DNA of 64,000 bases. Source: Octopus sinensis. Lineage: Eukaryota. The notes under the pieces were generated by a model. That model was given only the letters and a program-made list of their open reading frames with translations. It was not told the origin of the DNA and did not search any database. Location of the stretch: contig NC_043016.1 in NCBI RefSeq assembly GCF_006345805.1, positions 14,508,001-14,572,000 on the forward strand, given 5' to 3'. Numbering within the stretch: position 1 is the first letter of the stretch; every line of letters begins with the position of its first letter. Below are positions 37,210-49,567 of the stretch, piece by piece. Position numbers and translations under genes: made by a program.

Positions 37210-37620
37210 AAACAATATCAAATCATAACATCTGGATATTCTTGCACTATTAAGCATGAAATTCAACCTGCTGACATAACCAAGTTGATGCAGATGGTTT
37301 TCAACACTTGATTTTGATATTTGAGAATATCTGCACTCATCCTGGTTGTATTACAGGGGTTAATGTCTGTCATCTGACTTCTTCATCTTGTTGCTGTTAA
37401 TCTAATTTAATTAGCCAAGGTGAGGAGCATCTTGAACCAAAAAAATTTCCAATCAAAATTTTGAAAACCACTTCTGGCACATGCAATTCCCAACAGCATC
37501 TTCTGCACAAACAGTGTATATCTTCCAGCAGGTTTCTCCACTTTCTTGCCTTTTTAAAGAAAAACTAAAAAGCATGAGGTGCAGATAATGTTCATTTTGG
37601 TTCTTCATTTTCAGGATGAT
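37210..37620 (-). mobile_element. mariner transposase N-terminal relic
   Basis: HYLHLMLF, CQKWFSKF and SSVENHLHQLGYVSRL. Confidence 0.75.
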
Positions 37621-39066
37621 CTCAAGCATACAAAATACAACCTGTCATACCATAGGTTTGTGTTGAATCTGATTGAAGTGTCAAGTATCTTGTGAGTTCA
37701 CATACACAAAGAACAAATGGAAGTTAGCTACTTATTAGAGTACTTGAAGTTTAGTGTCAACAAAAACCAATGAACTTTTTGGCCAACTCAATATAATTTA
37801 TTTTTCACTGCTCATAACTGGAAGGTATAAAGGAATTTGATACTATTGGCAACAGTGGAATGTTTATTTGTTAATAGCTACCAGGCTGTTGCTTGGTTGT
37901 TGATTCTCATGATTAATAATATCTGCTGTCCACTACAGCCATTATCGTAACGCTAATTACATAGTGTGATTCAAGTATTGGTTCTTTATCAATCTGTTGA
38001 ACTAACCCACTTTGTTTGTAGTCCACTGTTTTTCCTTCCAATACAATAATGTATTCCTGCTTTCTCGCTTTTCCTCATACCATTTGGTGACTCCTGACTC
38101 AAATATCATCCCTCACTCGTATACTTTTCATATGCAAGGTGCCAAACCTGAGCACTCTGATTTAATCACAGTGAGCATACTGGCTTCCTCCTTCAACACA
38201 CAGTGAAGAGCACCCCTGGAGGAAATTGTGCAGACGAAAATGACCAGGAGACGGACTAAACTAAACGGACTTATCAGATTTTGTTTATGATGATGGTAGA
38301 ACCATCATGTTGTAAAATCAAATCTAATGGATATTCAAATACTGGATATAGAAGCAATATCAGTTTTAGAATAAGAACTATTTCTACATTAATCTGGAAA
38401 ATCCCATTACCATAATTTGGGACTCAAAGCTCTGGTTATAACAGGTAGAGAAAAAATACCTATACAGAAACATGTGGTATAATGCAAACAGATGATAAAT
38501 GGTGCCAAGGTGACACTAAATAACATATACAACTCAATTGTCTCAATAAACTTTGAGATTTTTTCATAAAACGGTTTGCTTTCTTTATATCTTTCATAAA
38601 TTTCTGATTGATTCTCACTTAACTCTTTGGAATTTAAACTGACCTTATCAAACTCAAATATTCTATTTGTTTTATACTCAAACCAACCAGATCTGAGCTC
38701 TCTTACCCACCCTCCAATGTCATTCTAAAAATAAACAGTTCCATCATGCCAAATCAGATTGGAACTTGTTGCAGCTCAAAGGTAATTGATAATGCACGAT
38801 TGATTGCATGCAATATGAATGAATAAGCATTATATTTGACAGGCTAATCTGAAAGTAAAAGGGTCTAATATTGTCACGTAACAGTACTCTCAGCTATTTT
38901 TCCTGTTTATAATTGGTATAAAACTGACTGCAGTTGACAGCTTTTGCAAGTTTCTGATTTTCTGAAAAGTAATATTATGTTATTTCCTAACTATGAAGAT
39001 TATTTATTTAATTATCATTGTTTTTATTAATTTATGAAGCTTGATGTATATCTTCATGAAGGTAAA

Positions 39067-39458
39067 TCTCTCTCTATATAAAGCTGAAGTTGTCTGTGTA
39101 TGGCAGGTTTGGTAGCCTTCAACTAACACTATCTCCTCCGAGACCCTGCGGCATAAGTTGACCAAAATTGAAAGTATGATAGAAGAAGGCTTGCTCTTCA
39201 TTCCGTAGAAGAAAAAATTCAAATTGGATCATGTTAACACCAAAAATTATTTACATCAAAAAGGTGCTTTTTTTCTATGAAAATCCCTATTTTTTACGAT
39301 TTTTTGACTGCTGTGTTGCCATTTTTCGGTGTATTTCAACCAGAAAAATGGTCCCTTAAAGAGAATAACAAGCTACATAATGCAAAATTTTTACTTTTCA
39401 AAAATTCCAATTCTAAAGAGTCGAAACAAACCCAAGAAACGCCAGGCGATACTGCTAG
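39067..39458 (+). mobile_element. non-autonomous Helitron-like element
   Basis: A|TCTCTCTCTATATAAAGC start and CTAG|T end, i.e. an AT target, with a small CGCCAGGCG hairpin just upstream of the end. Confidence 0.6.
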
Positions 39459-40239
39459 TAAGCAATAAAAAGAGCATGATACGATTTGTAATAAATAGAA
39501 TTTGACTCAGTTTATTTCATCAGTATATCTTGTTTTGGTTCAAAATGAAAAGTGATAAAAAATGCAGAAATATAGAAATGCAAAATATAACGTGAATGTC
39601 CTACATTGTTCTTTACTCAAAATGATGTCATCAGATTTTCGCCTTTTTGTAACTGGTTAGGAAGAAAAAGGGAAAGAGAAAGAAAGAAAAAACAAAACAG
39701 GAAAGAGAACGTTTCGTCACAAAGTTTTGTGTGAATGTGAAGGAATTTTCCTGTCATTTCATTCATTCATCCAGGGCGTGATGTTAGCAGTGTATTTATC
39801 CTCGTGTGTTTTGAGGACTGAAAATGTAATATACTCAGAATATTTTTTGAGAATGTTCACTTAGAGGTCAGGGATATTATCAGAGGCTGATGAGCCCTGC
39901 TGACGGCACCATGTAAAGCAGAACTAACTCCATGGTTCCATGGTCAAGTAGTCAGTGACTAAACTGGCTCCCCCACTTGAGTAACTTGCTACTCTTGTGA
40001 AGAGGGTGTGTGGATGTCCAGCAGGATTAAAAGCAAGACCTTTTGAAGGTGAGATGAGCTCCTTGTGGGCTAACAGCCATTCAGTTGGAGGGAGCAATGG
40101 CAAACCACCTCAATAGCCACCTAGAAAACACTATGAGGAAATCAGAACAAGGTAATGCAATGGACTTATCCAATGGAAGAACTTGTGTTTAATTGGGAAA
40201 ACTTTTACCGTAATGTCATCAGTGTGCTGTAAAGCATGT

Positions 40240-40520
40240 GATACATGATAAGGTTGAACTTTCAGGTGTTCTTCAAATATACCATTTGATGCAAAATGTT
40301 TGGCAAGTTTCTTCAAACTGCTCTTGTTGTGCCTGTCATACGGAAACACTTGCACAAGAGAGAAAAGTAACAACATGAATCAAGTCAATTCCTTCCACAA
40401 ATTATTACAGAAATGACCTGTAAGGATTCCCATTTGGTGTATGCAGCAGAATGCACCAAACACAACTTGATTTATGTTGGTTGCACATCAAAACAATTAA
40501 AAGATTCAATGGAGACAAAC
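40240..40520 (+). mobile_element. Penelope-like GIY-YIG relic
   Basis: MTCKDSHLVYAAECTKHNLIYVGCTSKQL (ATG at 40413) gives the TC....VY...C.....YVG.T motif. Confidence 0.6.
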
Positions 40521-42353
40521 ATATATACACACACATATGGACTAGGTAATAGAAGTTACAGAGAGGGTTATAGCTCAACTAATTAGGGAGAGAGTTACCC
40601 TAAATGAGATGCAGTTTGGTTTTGTGTCAGGAAGAAGCACCACTAAATAATGATGATGATGATGATGATGATGATGATATATATATATATATGTATGTGT
40701 GTGTACACACACACACACATGCATATATATGTATAATGATCAAAGAACAAAAAAGACGGAAATGATTGAGCAAAAGAAAAAAGTGAAGGAAGAAAGAAAG
40801 GAAGGAAGGAAGGTCTCAGCCAAGGAAAAAGATTCCTTACTTCATTGAAAGGTGAGGAATTGGATCTCTTCAGATATTGAACACACAGCAGTAAGAAAGC
40901 AAAGAATTTGGTCCTGTATTCAATTCTTTCTGCTGTCGCTGGTAAAATCTTCTAAAATCATTGATCTTTTAGGAATGAACTCACCATTGATTTCTTAGAC
41001 TGGCCATACTTCAGCAGAGTTGAAAGGAACTGGTCACACATAGAATGAGAGGTCTGTGGAATTATTCAGTATGGAGTGTCTTGCTTGGATGGAGGAGAAG
41101 GTTAATGCTTTGCAATGAACACAAACTTTTATTGGCCATATCAAACCAATGCAAGCCTGGGAACCATCTGGGTTCCAGGAAGACTTGCCCAGGTTCCGAA
41201 TGGTCCTGCCAGTGCCTGAAAACTCTAATCATAACATGACTTGGTATATAACTCATTCATTCTGTGATTAATTTTATTTCTGCAGAAGTCATGTTCCTCA
41301 ATGTATTTTGGCGACTGACCTCACAAATTTGTCACTACAGGTGTTTATCCCACATAAATTTAATAAACAGGAGCCAGCAAATAAATGCCATAAGCAATAT
41401 CTTCAATAGCATAGGGATTTGAACCTCAACTGCTGAATATTCAGTTAGGAGCCTCAAGTGATCCACCACAGTTCCATGTGATTGGTCTTTAAATTGACCA
41501 ATCAGCATGAACCTGTGGCATGACATGGCTTCTTGGATGATCTAAAATTTGTCCCCTTTTTCACCCTATAAAAACCATTTTTCACCTAATTTGGGCAGAT
41601 GGCCTCAACAAAATGCTAGGGCAGACAGCCACAGGCATTAGCGTAGACCACCTCAGACATTCTGTCAGATCACCTAGAGCAAGAAATAGCTTTAGAAACT
41701 CATATTTGATGTATGCAACCAGCCTTCAACAAGACACAGTGCAGTTCTCTCCTCCCAGTTGGCAGTTATATTATCAGCATCTTTATTTTGTAAGCAGTCA
41801 ATGCAGTAAATCATATTCAACAATAAATATTTTAAAAGTTAGAAGGTTGTGAGTTGGTTTCATTTATTATACATGCAGCCAGCTCTACAGCATGATGATG
41901 GCGAACAATACTATACAGATCAAGATCACAACCCCACAACGATGCCAAACCAAGCAATCTCTTGACAATAGTTTTTCATATTGTTTCATCTTTTTATTTT
42001 GGTTAACATCTATCAAGTTCTCTGCATTCCATTGTGGTTTAAAGCATGTCAGAAAATGCAAGGTCTACATAAATAATCTACTATAAGAAAGATGGAAAGG
42101 AGGGATGGCCATAGATGAATTGTCTTTGATTATAAGTTTATTTCATCAGAGCCCACATAGAACTACATAAAAACAACAGTCAAAACACTATCTCATTACT
42201 AACACGGAGATTTTATAAATAGGTAATTACTTCTATGAAACTGAATACCTCTGTAGCTAATAACAGCAAAATATTGTTCCAACAGACAAAGATGTATGAT
42301 TGTCCACTGTAAGCTACTTAACATCTGAGTACACAAAATTCTAGCCCCATATA

Positions 42354-42574
42354 TGAGGGGGGGGGTGCTGAAAAGTTCCTAGCTTTAAGGGTGTCATGGA
42401 AGACCTGGTTGGAGACCTAACATTCTGAGTTCTTTTACAAGGCTTAGAAAAACTGAAGGGCTGCTGCAATAAGTATGTGAGTCTGTGAGGCAAATTTGTT
42501 AAATAAAATCATAGTTAACTAACCCTCTTGCATTTTCTTTTATCCAAAGCCAGGGACTTTTCAGTAACCCCTTA
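42354..42574. mobile_element. mariner-derived MITE
   Basis: TA|TGAGGGG..TGCTGAAAAGTTCCTAGCTTT...AAAGCCAGGGACTTTTCAGTAACCCCTTA|TA. The interior resembles the transposase C-terminus (FYKGLEKL..C.KYV). Confidence 0.8.
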
Positions 42575-43211
42575 TATTAATTGTCCTAAAATTCTTGTTC
42601 AAATGTGTTACCTACCGAAAACCTCTGAAAACATTTTATGGAAAAACAAGCAAGTTGCAACAAGTATAAAGAAACCAGCACATTTCGCAGAAAGGAATAA
42701 TTTTTGTAATTAATACTGATAATTGGCCTTATCATTTATTTCATAATGGTTATAATAAGCAGCTATTTTACATTTATTAGCTTCTATAATCAGTAGTTGT
42801 TCAGTTGTTAACAGAAATGAGACCCATGATCAAAGGCATTCCAGCTGTTGCAGTTGTGTGTGTTTTTTAAGGTCATGCAGTACAGAATTATCTAATGTGT
42901 CCTTTCATTACTTAATATGGCAGAGTGATTTAGCTGCTATTTCTAACAGGATGAATTTTCGTATGAAGTCTGTTTGGAGAAGCCCTGCAAACATTCATTA
43001 ACAACATTACTTGATCATGATAATTTGTTTAAACCACAATAACTAGAAATATAACAAGCATCCAAAGAACAATCCACTTATTATATTGATATAAAAACTA
43101 CTGCTTAAACAAACAATTTAATTGCCTCTCATGACTGGTGGTGGCTTGAGATCAATGAGTTCAAAGGAGCAGAGGCCATGGAGAAACAGAGACAGCATGT
43201 ATGTAGTGAGG

Positions 43212-43525
43212 TTAGAAGGAGTGTGGCTTTGTGACAAGGGTATTCAGCTCATAATCATAAGGTCATGAGTTCAATTCCTAGCGGTGCTTTGTGTCCTTGA
43301 GCAATACACTTTATTTCATGTTGCTCCAGTCCATTCAGCTGGCAAAAATGGGCAGTACCAGTAATTCAAAGGGCCAGCCTTGTCATACTGAATCTCCCTG
43401 AGAACTATGTTAAGGGTACACGTGTCTGTGGAATGCTCAGCTACTTGTACATTAATTTCATGAGCAGGCTGTTCTGTTGATCAGATCAACTGGAATTCTT
43501 ACCCATCATAACCTATGGAAAGCCA
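43212..43525 (+). mobile_element. SINE family C, old copy
   Basis: CpG-depleted homologue of the adjacent copy. Confidence 0.8.
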
Positions 43526-43554
43526 GGAACTAAAAGAGGTGTATGTTGGTGAGT

Positions 43555-43882
43555 AGTGAGGGCGTGTGGCTTAGTGGTTAGGGCATTTGACTCATGATCG
43601 TAAGGTTGTGAGTTCGATTCCCGGCGACGCGTTGTGTCCTTGAGCAAGACACTTTATTTCACGTTGCTACAGTCCACTCAGCTGGCAAAAATGAGTTGTA
43701 CTTGTATTTCAAAGGGTCAGCCTTGTCACTCTCTGTGTCACGCTGATTATCCCCGAGAACTACGTTAAGGGTACACGTGTCTGTGGAATGCACAGCCATT
43801 TGCACGTTAATTTCACGAGCAAGCTGTTCCGTTGATCGTATCAGCTGGGACCCTCGTCGTCGTAACCGGCGGAGTCTTTTTT
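43555..43882 (+). mobile_element. SINE family C, young copy
   Basis: A box TGGCTTAGTGG, B box GTTCGATTCC, oligo-T end, and a 13-bp TSD TATGTTGGTGAGT (43542-43554 / 43883-43895). Confidence 0.92.
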
Positions 43883-43999
43883 TATGTTGGTGAGTCACTT
43901 CTTGGTAATCAGTTAGGAAACCTTTTATCTAGACATAGGCTATGGTGTTTGTGTAAAACACTGAACCAAGACATGAGAGACAGGCTAAGGCTTGCGATT

Positions 44000-44650
44000 G
44001 GAAATTTATGTATCAGTCATGCTTGAACGTTCTGTTGATACCATGTACAAAAAGCTGTTTTTATCAAATTTCCTGAGGGTGAGGACCCATTTGGAATGAT
44101 ATAGGAGAGTATGTTTGGTTTTATGAAAGACAAACTGGGGATTATTAAGGATGGAGAAAGATCAAGTTGTTGGAGGATGCTGATGGGGACTGCATCCATC
44201 AGCTTTGAGGCATTGAGAATGAGAGCAATAAATCAGTAGCTAATTGGGTCAGTTGACTTTCCTTCTTGGGAATGAGACATTGCTAAGGATTGGAATATAT
44301 TCAAAAGAGCAAGATGGAAAAGTTTGAAGATAGGGAGTAGCTCTGAGGTGTTCATTCAAGGGCAGCAGAGAAGACATTGTCAGGACCTGTAGTGTTGTTG
44401 GCTTGAAGCTACCCAGAGATACTTTTGCACTGAGTATGGTGGAGTAGAAAGAGATAGTTTTGGAGAAGATTCACATAATGTGTTGCACTGTTAAGTTAGA
44501 TGTAAAACACACAGCAGATATGGAACCATCCTCAGCGAGAGAACTCCTTACGGAACTATCAAGTTTCAAATGTGGAAGGAGTTGAGGATACGCTAAAGTT
44601 TGTATAAATCCTTTTGGTAAGGGACTAAAGCAGTCGATAGTAGTTGGGAA
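44000..44650 (-). mobile_element. old CR1/Jockey-group LINE relic
   Basis: LNASKADG.DAVPISIL..LDLSP.L resembles the L..SKA.GPD.IP..VL motif upstream of RT. Confidence 0.45.
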
Positions 44651-45424
44651 GGGGGAAATTGGGAGGATTTACAAGTAAAGTAATTTCACAAGGTAAATGC
44701 TTTCAGACCTAAAATATACTTATCACACTCCTATGTCTCCTGTTCTATACAATGTGTACAAAACATAAATTGCTAAGTATTAAGGAAAACGTATTGAAAA
44801 GTTGCTGTAAACAAAGATACAGTAACCTTGGCGCTTTCCTTTGGCAATAAGACTATTATTATTTGAAAACTTGACTGGACTATAACAAGAATTCACCCTA
44901 CTGATATTAAGACTTGTATGATCCTGACATCAACTGAAAGCTCCCAAAAAATAATTTATATGATGAGATGAAATGATGAGACTTCAACTCAGTCCAGACA
45001 GCTTTCAACTGCCACACACACAACATTAACTGAACAACAGCAACAAAAACAAACACACTTGCAACAGTATTTAGGATTTGAAACTTTGTCAGATCATTAA
45101 CGAGAAAAGGTCACAGTTTATCAAGTTTACATATTTGTCAGTGATTGTCCATACCAGGAGGTCTTAGCCTATTTTTCAACTAATTGCTGTTCTGATGCAT
45201 TTATGTGGTGGCAAGATTAATGGAATATTCTACACAGTTTCATGCCAAATCATGATTATAAATTGAAAAGCACAGGAAACACAAGCCAGGGGATTCATGA
45301 AGGTTTCCTTGGTTAACTGGTAGTTATGCCACTCCAACTTCTTGTATAAAAAAGATCACATCTCTTCAAGCATGACTGCATAACATTTTCTTCACTTGCT
45401 AAGCATGCATTCTCACACACTTAT

Positions 45425-45965
45425 TCAGGGGTGGCTGTGTGGTAAGAAGCTTGCTTCCCAACCACATGGTTCCAGGTTCAGTTCCACTGCATGGAACATT
45501 GGGCAAGTGCCTTCTATTATACCCTTGAGCTAACCAAAGCTTTGTGAGTGGATGTGGTAGATTGTTGTGTGGACGCACCCAGACGATGAAGTAGGCTAGT
45601 CCAATACATAGATATAGAGGGAGAAGCCTAGACGTCAGGGGCACAGCTGTGTAGAGAGCAGAGTTGAGTAGAAGGTATCTGAACATGTGACATAACATAG
45701 ATGGAAACTGAAAGAAGCCCATCATGTATGTGTGTGTATGTGTGTGTGTATGCCTGGGTGTGCATGTGTTTTTGTATCTATGTTTGTCCTCCACCACTGC
45801 TTGACAACTGGTGATGTGTTTATGTCCCCATAATTTAGCGGTTTGGCAAGTAATTCTGATAAAATGAGATAAAATAAGTACTGTGGTTGATTGACAAAGA
45901 AATTCTTCAAAGGTGATGCTTCACCATGGCCACAGTTTAATCACTGAAACAAATAAAAGAAAAAC
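45425..45965 (+). mobile_element. SINE family A with an internal insertion
   Basis: GTGGCTGTGTGGTAAGAAGC head, extra sequence at about 45565-45700, and CACTGAAACAAATAAAAG tail. Confidence 0.8.
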
Positions 45966-46028
45966 AAAATAACAGCTTTTTGTAAAGTAACAATAATAAC
46001 ATTAATCTGTCAATAAACATGTTAACAA

Positions 46029-46244
46029 GGGTGGCGACAGCTGGCAGAAACATTAGTACACCAAGCGAAATGCTTAGCAGTATTTTGTCTTTCTTTACAT
46101 ACCAAGTTCAAATTCCACCAAGGTCAGCTTTGTTTTTCATCGTTCCAGGGTCGATAGATTAAGTACTAGTTGTGTACTGGGGTCGATCTAAGCAACTGGC
46201 CCACTCCCACCAAAATTTCGGGCTTTGTGTTTTGTGTTGAAAAG
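46029..46244 (+). mobile_element. SINE family B with TSD
   Basis: 17-bp TSD AATAAACAT(G/A)TTAACAA at 46012-46028 and 46245-46261. Confidence 0.88.
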
Positions 46245-46394
46245 AATAAACATATTAACAAAACCTAAACATTGTAATGAAGTTTTGTTTGGGAGCAGTA
46301 TGCTGCCAGATCAAACTATTCACCTCCCAACCAACTCCACACATTCACTAAATATCAAAGAATTAAGAGAGTACTATTTCGTGAGTTTAGAGTA

Positions 46395-46607
46395 CAGTGA
46401 TCCCTCACAATATCGTGGTTCACTTATCATTTAAGCTTACGTTGATTCCTCTGTGGTGTTATTTTACATTTATAATAAAATAAATATACACAAATTATAA
46501 AAATAATAACAAAAAATATACAGGACAGTACTGTTTCTACTTTGCAGATTTTCACCTACCATGGGGTTACTTTGGAACGTACACTCGCAATATTTGAGGA
46601 ATTACTA
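46395..46607. mobile_element. Tigger/pogo-type MITE
   Basis: TA|CAGTGATCCCTCACAATATCG...CGCAATATTTGAGGAATTACTA|TA. Confidence 0.65.
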
Positions 46608-47119
46608 TATTATATTCCTTAAGAAGCACCTTTCTTTTGAAGTTGTCAAATATAACTGGAAAATTTATCTCACTGACCTCAACAATAATTTGGAGGAGAA
46701 ATACTGAGCATACAAAGGAATGGTTTTGCTAAGGTATGTTTCCTGGAAAATTAAGAATGGTGTCAATGTTATCAGAACGTTCAATTTCTCTTAGACTCAT
46801 GGCTAAGATCTCTTCTCATATTTACAATTTTTGAATATATTTTCAATTTTAAAATATATATTCAAATTCTTATTTTATTTTCAAATTTTCAATTTATTTT
46901 CAATTTTCAAACGTATTTTCAATTTTAAAATTTATTTTCAGTTTTTAAATTTATTTTCAAATTTTCAATTTATTTTCAATTTTTCAATTTACTTTCAATT
47001 TTTCTAATTATTTTCAATTTTTTAATTTATTTTCACCTTCTCAATTTATTTTCAAATTTTAACTTTATTCTCAATTTTTAAATTTATTTTCAACTTTCAA
47101 ATTTAATTTTGAATTTTAA

Positions 47120-47286
47120 CCTCTGTGGCTGTGTGGTAAGTAGCTTGCTTAAGAACCACATGGTTCCGGGTTCAGTCCCACTGCATGGCACCTTAGGCGA
47201 GTGTCTTCTACTATAGCCTCAGGCCAACCAAAGTTTTGTGAGTGGATTTGGTAGACGGAAACTGAAAGAAGCTCGTCGTATATATG

Positions 47287-47323
<37 letters not shown>

Positions 47324-47576
47324 TTGTGTTTGTGTGTGTGTGTGTTCATGTGTGTGTGTGCTTCTGTGTTCGTCCCTCCCACCATCACTTCATAACTAAT
47401 GCTGGTGTGTTTACGTCCCCATAACTTAGTGGTTCAGCAAAAGGGTTCGATAGAATAAGTACTAGGCTTCCAAAGAATAAGTCCTGGGGTCGATTTGCTC
47501 GACTAAAGGTGGTGCTCCAGCATGGCCACAGTCAAATGACTGAAACAAGTAAAAGACTAAAAGAGTAAAAGAGTAT
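47120..47576 (+). mobile_element. SINE family A, young full-length copy
   Basis: Complete head, core, (TA)n(TG)n and tail with GTAAAAGA repeats. Confidence 0.9.
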
Positions 47577-49239
47577 ATTTTCAATTTCTGAATATATTTT
47601 CAATTTTTGAATTTCTTTCCAATTTTTTATTTGTTTTCAATATTTTAATTTATTTTCAGTTTCTGAATTTATTTTCAAGTTTTTTAATTATCCCTTTACC
47701 CTTTTACTAGTTTCAGTCATTGGACCGTGGTCATGCTGTAGCACCACCTTGTATTTATTTTCAATTTTTAAATCTATTTTAAGCTTTTGACACTATTTTC
47801 AATTTTTATATTTACTTTTAAATTTTAACTTCATTTTCATTTTTAAAATTTATTTTTAATATTTGAATTTAGTTTCAATTTCCAAATTTATTTTCAATTT
47901 TTCAAGTTCATTTTCAATATTTTAATTCATTTTCAATTTTTGAATTCGTTTTCAATTTTAAAATTTACTTTTTAATTTTTTAATTCGTTTTCAATTTTAA
48001 AGTGTATTTAAAATTTTTGAATTTATTTTGAATTTTTGAATATATTTTCAATCTTCCAATTTATTTTCAATTTTTAAAATTATTTCCTATTTTTATATTT
48101 ATTTTCAATATTTTAATTAATTTTCAGTATTTTAATTAATTTTCAATTCTTTAATTTATTTTCAAGTTTTTAAACTGTCTTTCAATTTTTGAATTTATTT
48201 TCAATCTTTAAATTTATTTTCGAATTATAGCTCTATTTTCAATTTTTGAATTTATTTTCTATTTTTATATTTATTTTCAGTTTTTAAATTTATTTTCAAT
48301 TTATAAATTTATTTTTTAATTTTAGCTTTATTTTCAATTTTCAATTTTTGAATTTATTCTCAATTTTTGCATTTATTTTCAGTTTTTGAATTTAGTCTTT
48401 AATTTATTTTCAACCTTACAATTTATTTTCAATTTTCAATTTCTCTTCAAATTTTGAATTTATTTTCAATTTCTTAATTTATTTTCAAATTTTTAATTTC
48501 TGAAAATTTAAATTTATTTTCAGTTTTTGAATTCATTTTCAATTTTAAATTTATTTTCAGTTTTTAAATTTATCTTCAAGTTTTGAATTTATTTTCAATT
48601 TTTAAATTATTTTGAATTGTTGAAATTTATTTTCAATGTTTTATTTTTTTTTCCAGTTTCTCAATTTATTTTCAGTTAATGCAATTATAAAATTTATTTA
48701 CGGTTTTTCAATTTATTTTAAACTTTATTTTCAATTTTTAAGTTTATTTTCTACTTTTTAATTTATTTTCAATTTCTTAATTTATTCTGAATGTTTAAAT
48801 TTCCTTTCAATTTTTAAACATATTTTCAATTTTTGAATTTATATTTAATTTTTAAATTTATTTTCAATTTCTAAATTAATTTTCAGCTTTTGAATTTATT
48901 TTTGAGTTCATATTAAATTTTATAATTTATTTTCCATCTTCTAAATTTATTTTCAATTTTAAAATTTATTTGAAATTTTAAAATTTATTTTCTGTTTTTG
49001 AATTTAAATTTAATTCTAAATTTATTTTTATTTTAAAATTTATTTTCATTTAAAAATTTTATTTTCAATTTTTAAATTTAGTTTCAATTCTTAAATTTTT
49101 CTTCAATTTTCCACTTTATTTTCCATTTTAAAATTTATATTTAGTTTTAAATTATATTTTCAATTTTTCAATTCATTGTAATTTTTTAACTTTATTTTCA
49201 ATTTTTGAATTTATTTTCGGTTTTTAAACTTATTTTCAA

Positions 49240-49468
49240 TTACTCTTTTACTCTTTTACTCTTTTACTTGTTTCAGTCATTTGACTGTGGCCATGCTGGA
49301 GCACCACCCTTTTTTTAGCCGAGCAAATCGACCCCAGGACTTATTCTTTGCAAGCCTAGTACTTATTCTATCGGTCTCTTTTGCCGAACCGCTAAGTTAC
49401 GGGGACGTAAACACACCAGCATCGGTTGTCAAGCGATGTTGGGGGGGGGGACAAACACAGACACACAA

Positions 49469-49505
<37 letters not shown>

Positions 49506-49567
49506 TACGACGGGCTTCTTTCAGTTTCCGTCTACCAAATCCATTCACAAGGCTTTGGTCAGCCGAT
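49240..49567 (-). mobile_element. SINE family A, 3' half
   Basis: (TACTCTTT)n tail, then GTTTCAGTCATTTGACTGTGGCCATGCTGGAGCACC. Confidence 0.88.

Larger units (their letters stand above)
45095..46345 (+). pseudogene. decayed intronless coding relic, copy 2 (interrupted by two SINEs)
   Basis: KVTVYQVYIFVSDCPYQ...CCSDAF, FPWLTGSYATPTSCIKKITS and HCNEVLFGSSMLPDQ; colinear with 20215-20680. Confidence 0.45.

Noticed and set aside
40985-41030. Degenerate hammerhead-like string CTGCTGA...GAAA on the - strand
   Set aside because: The core is mutated, and helices II and III cannot be formed convincingly.
42912-42984. Phase 1-to-2 candidate exon (GLLQTDFIRKFILLEIAAKSLCHI) that would bridge the - strand gene
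   Set aside because: It appears to overlap an old SINE-like repeat and has no independent support. Worth testing only with RNA-seq.
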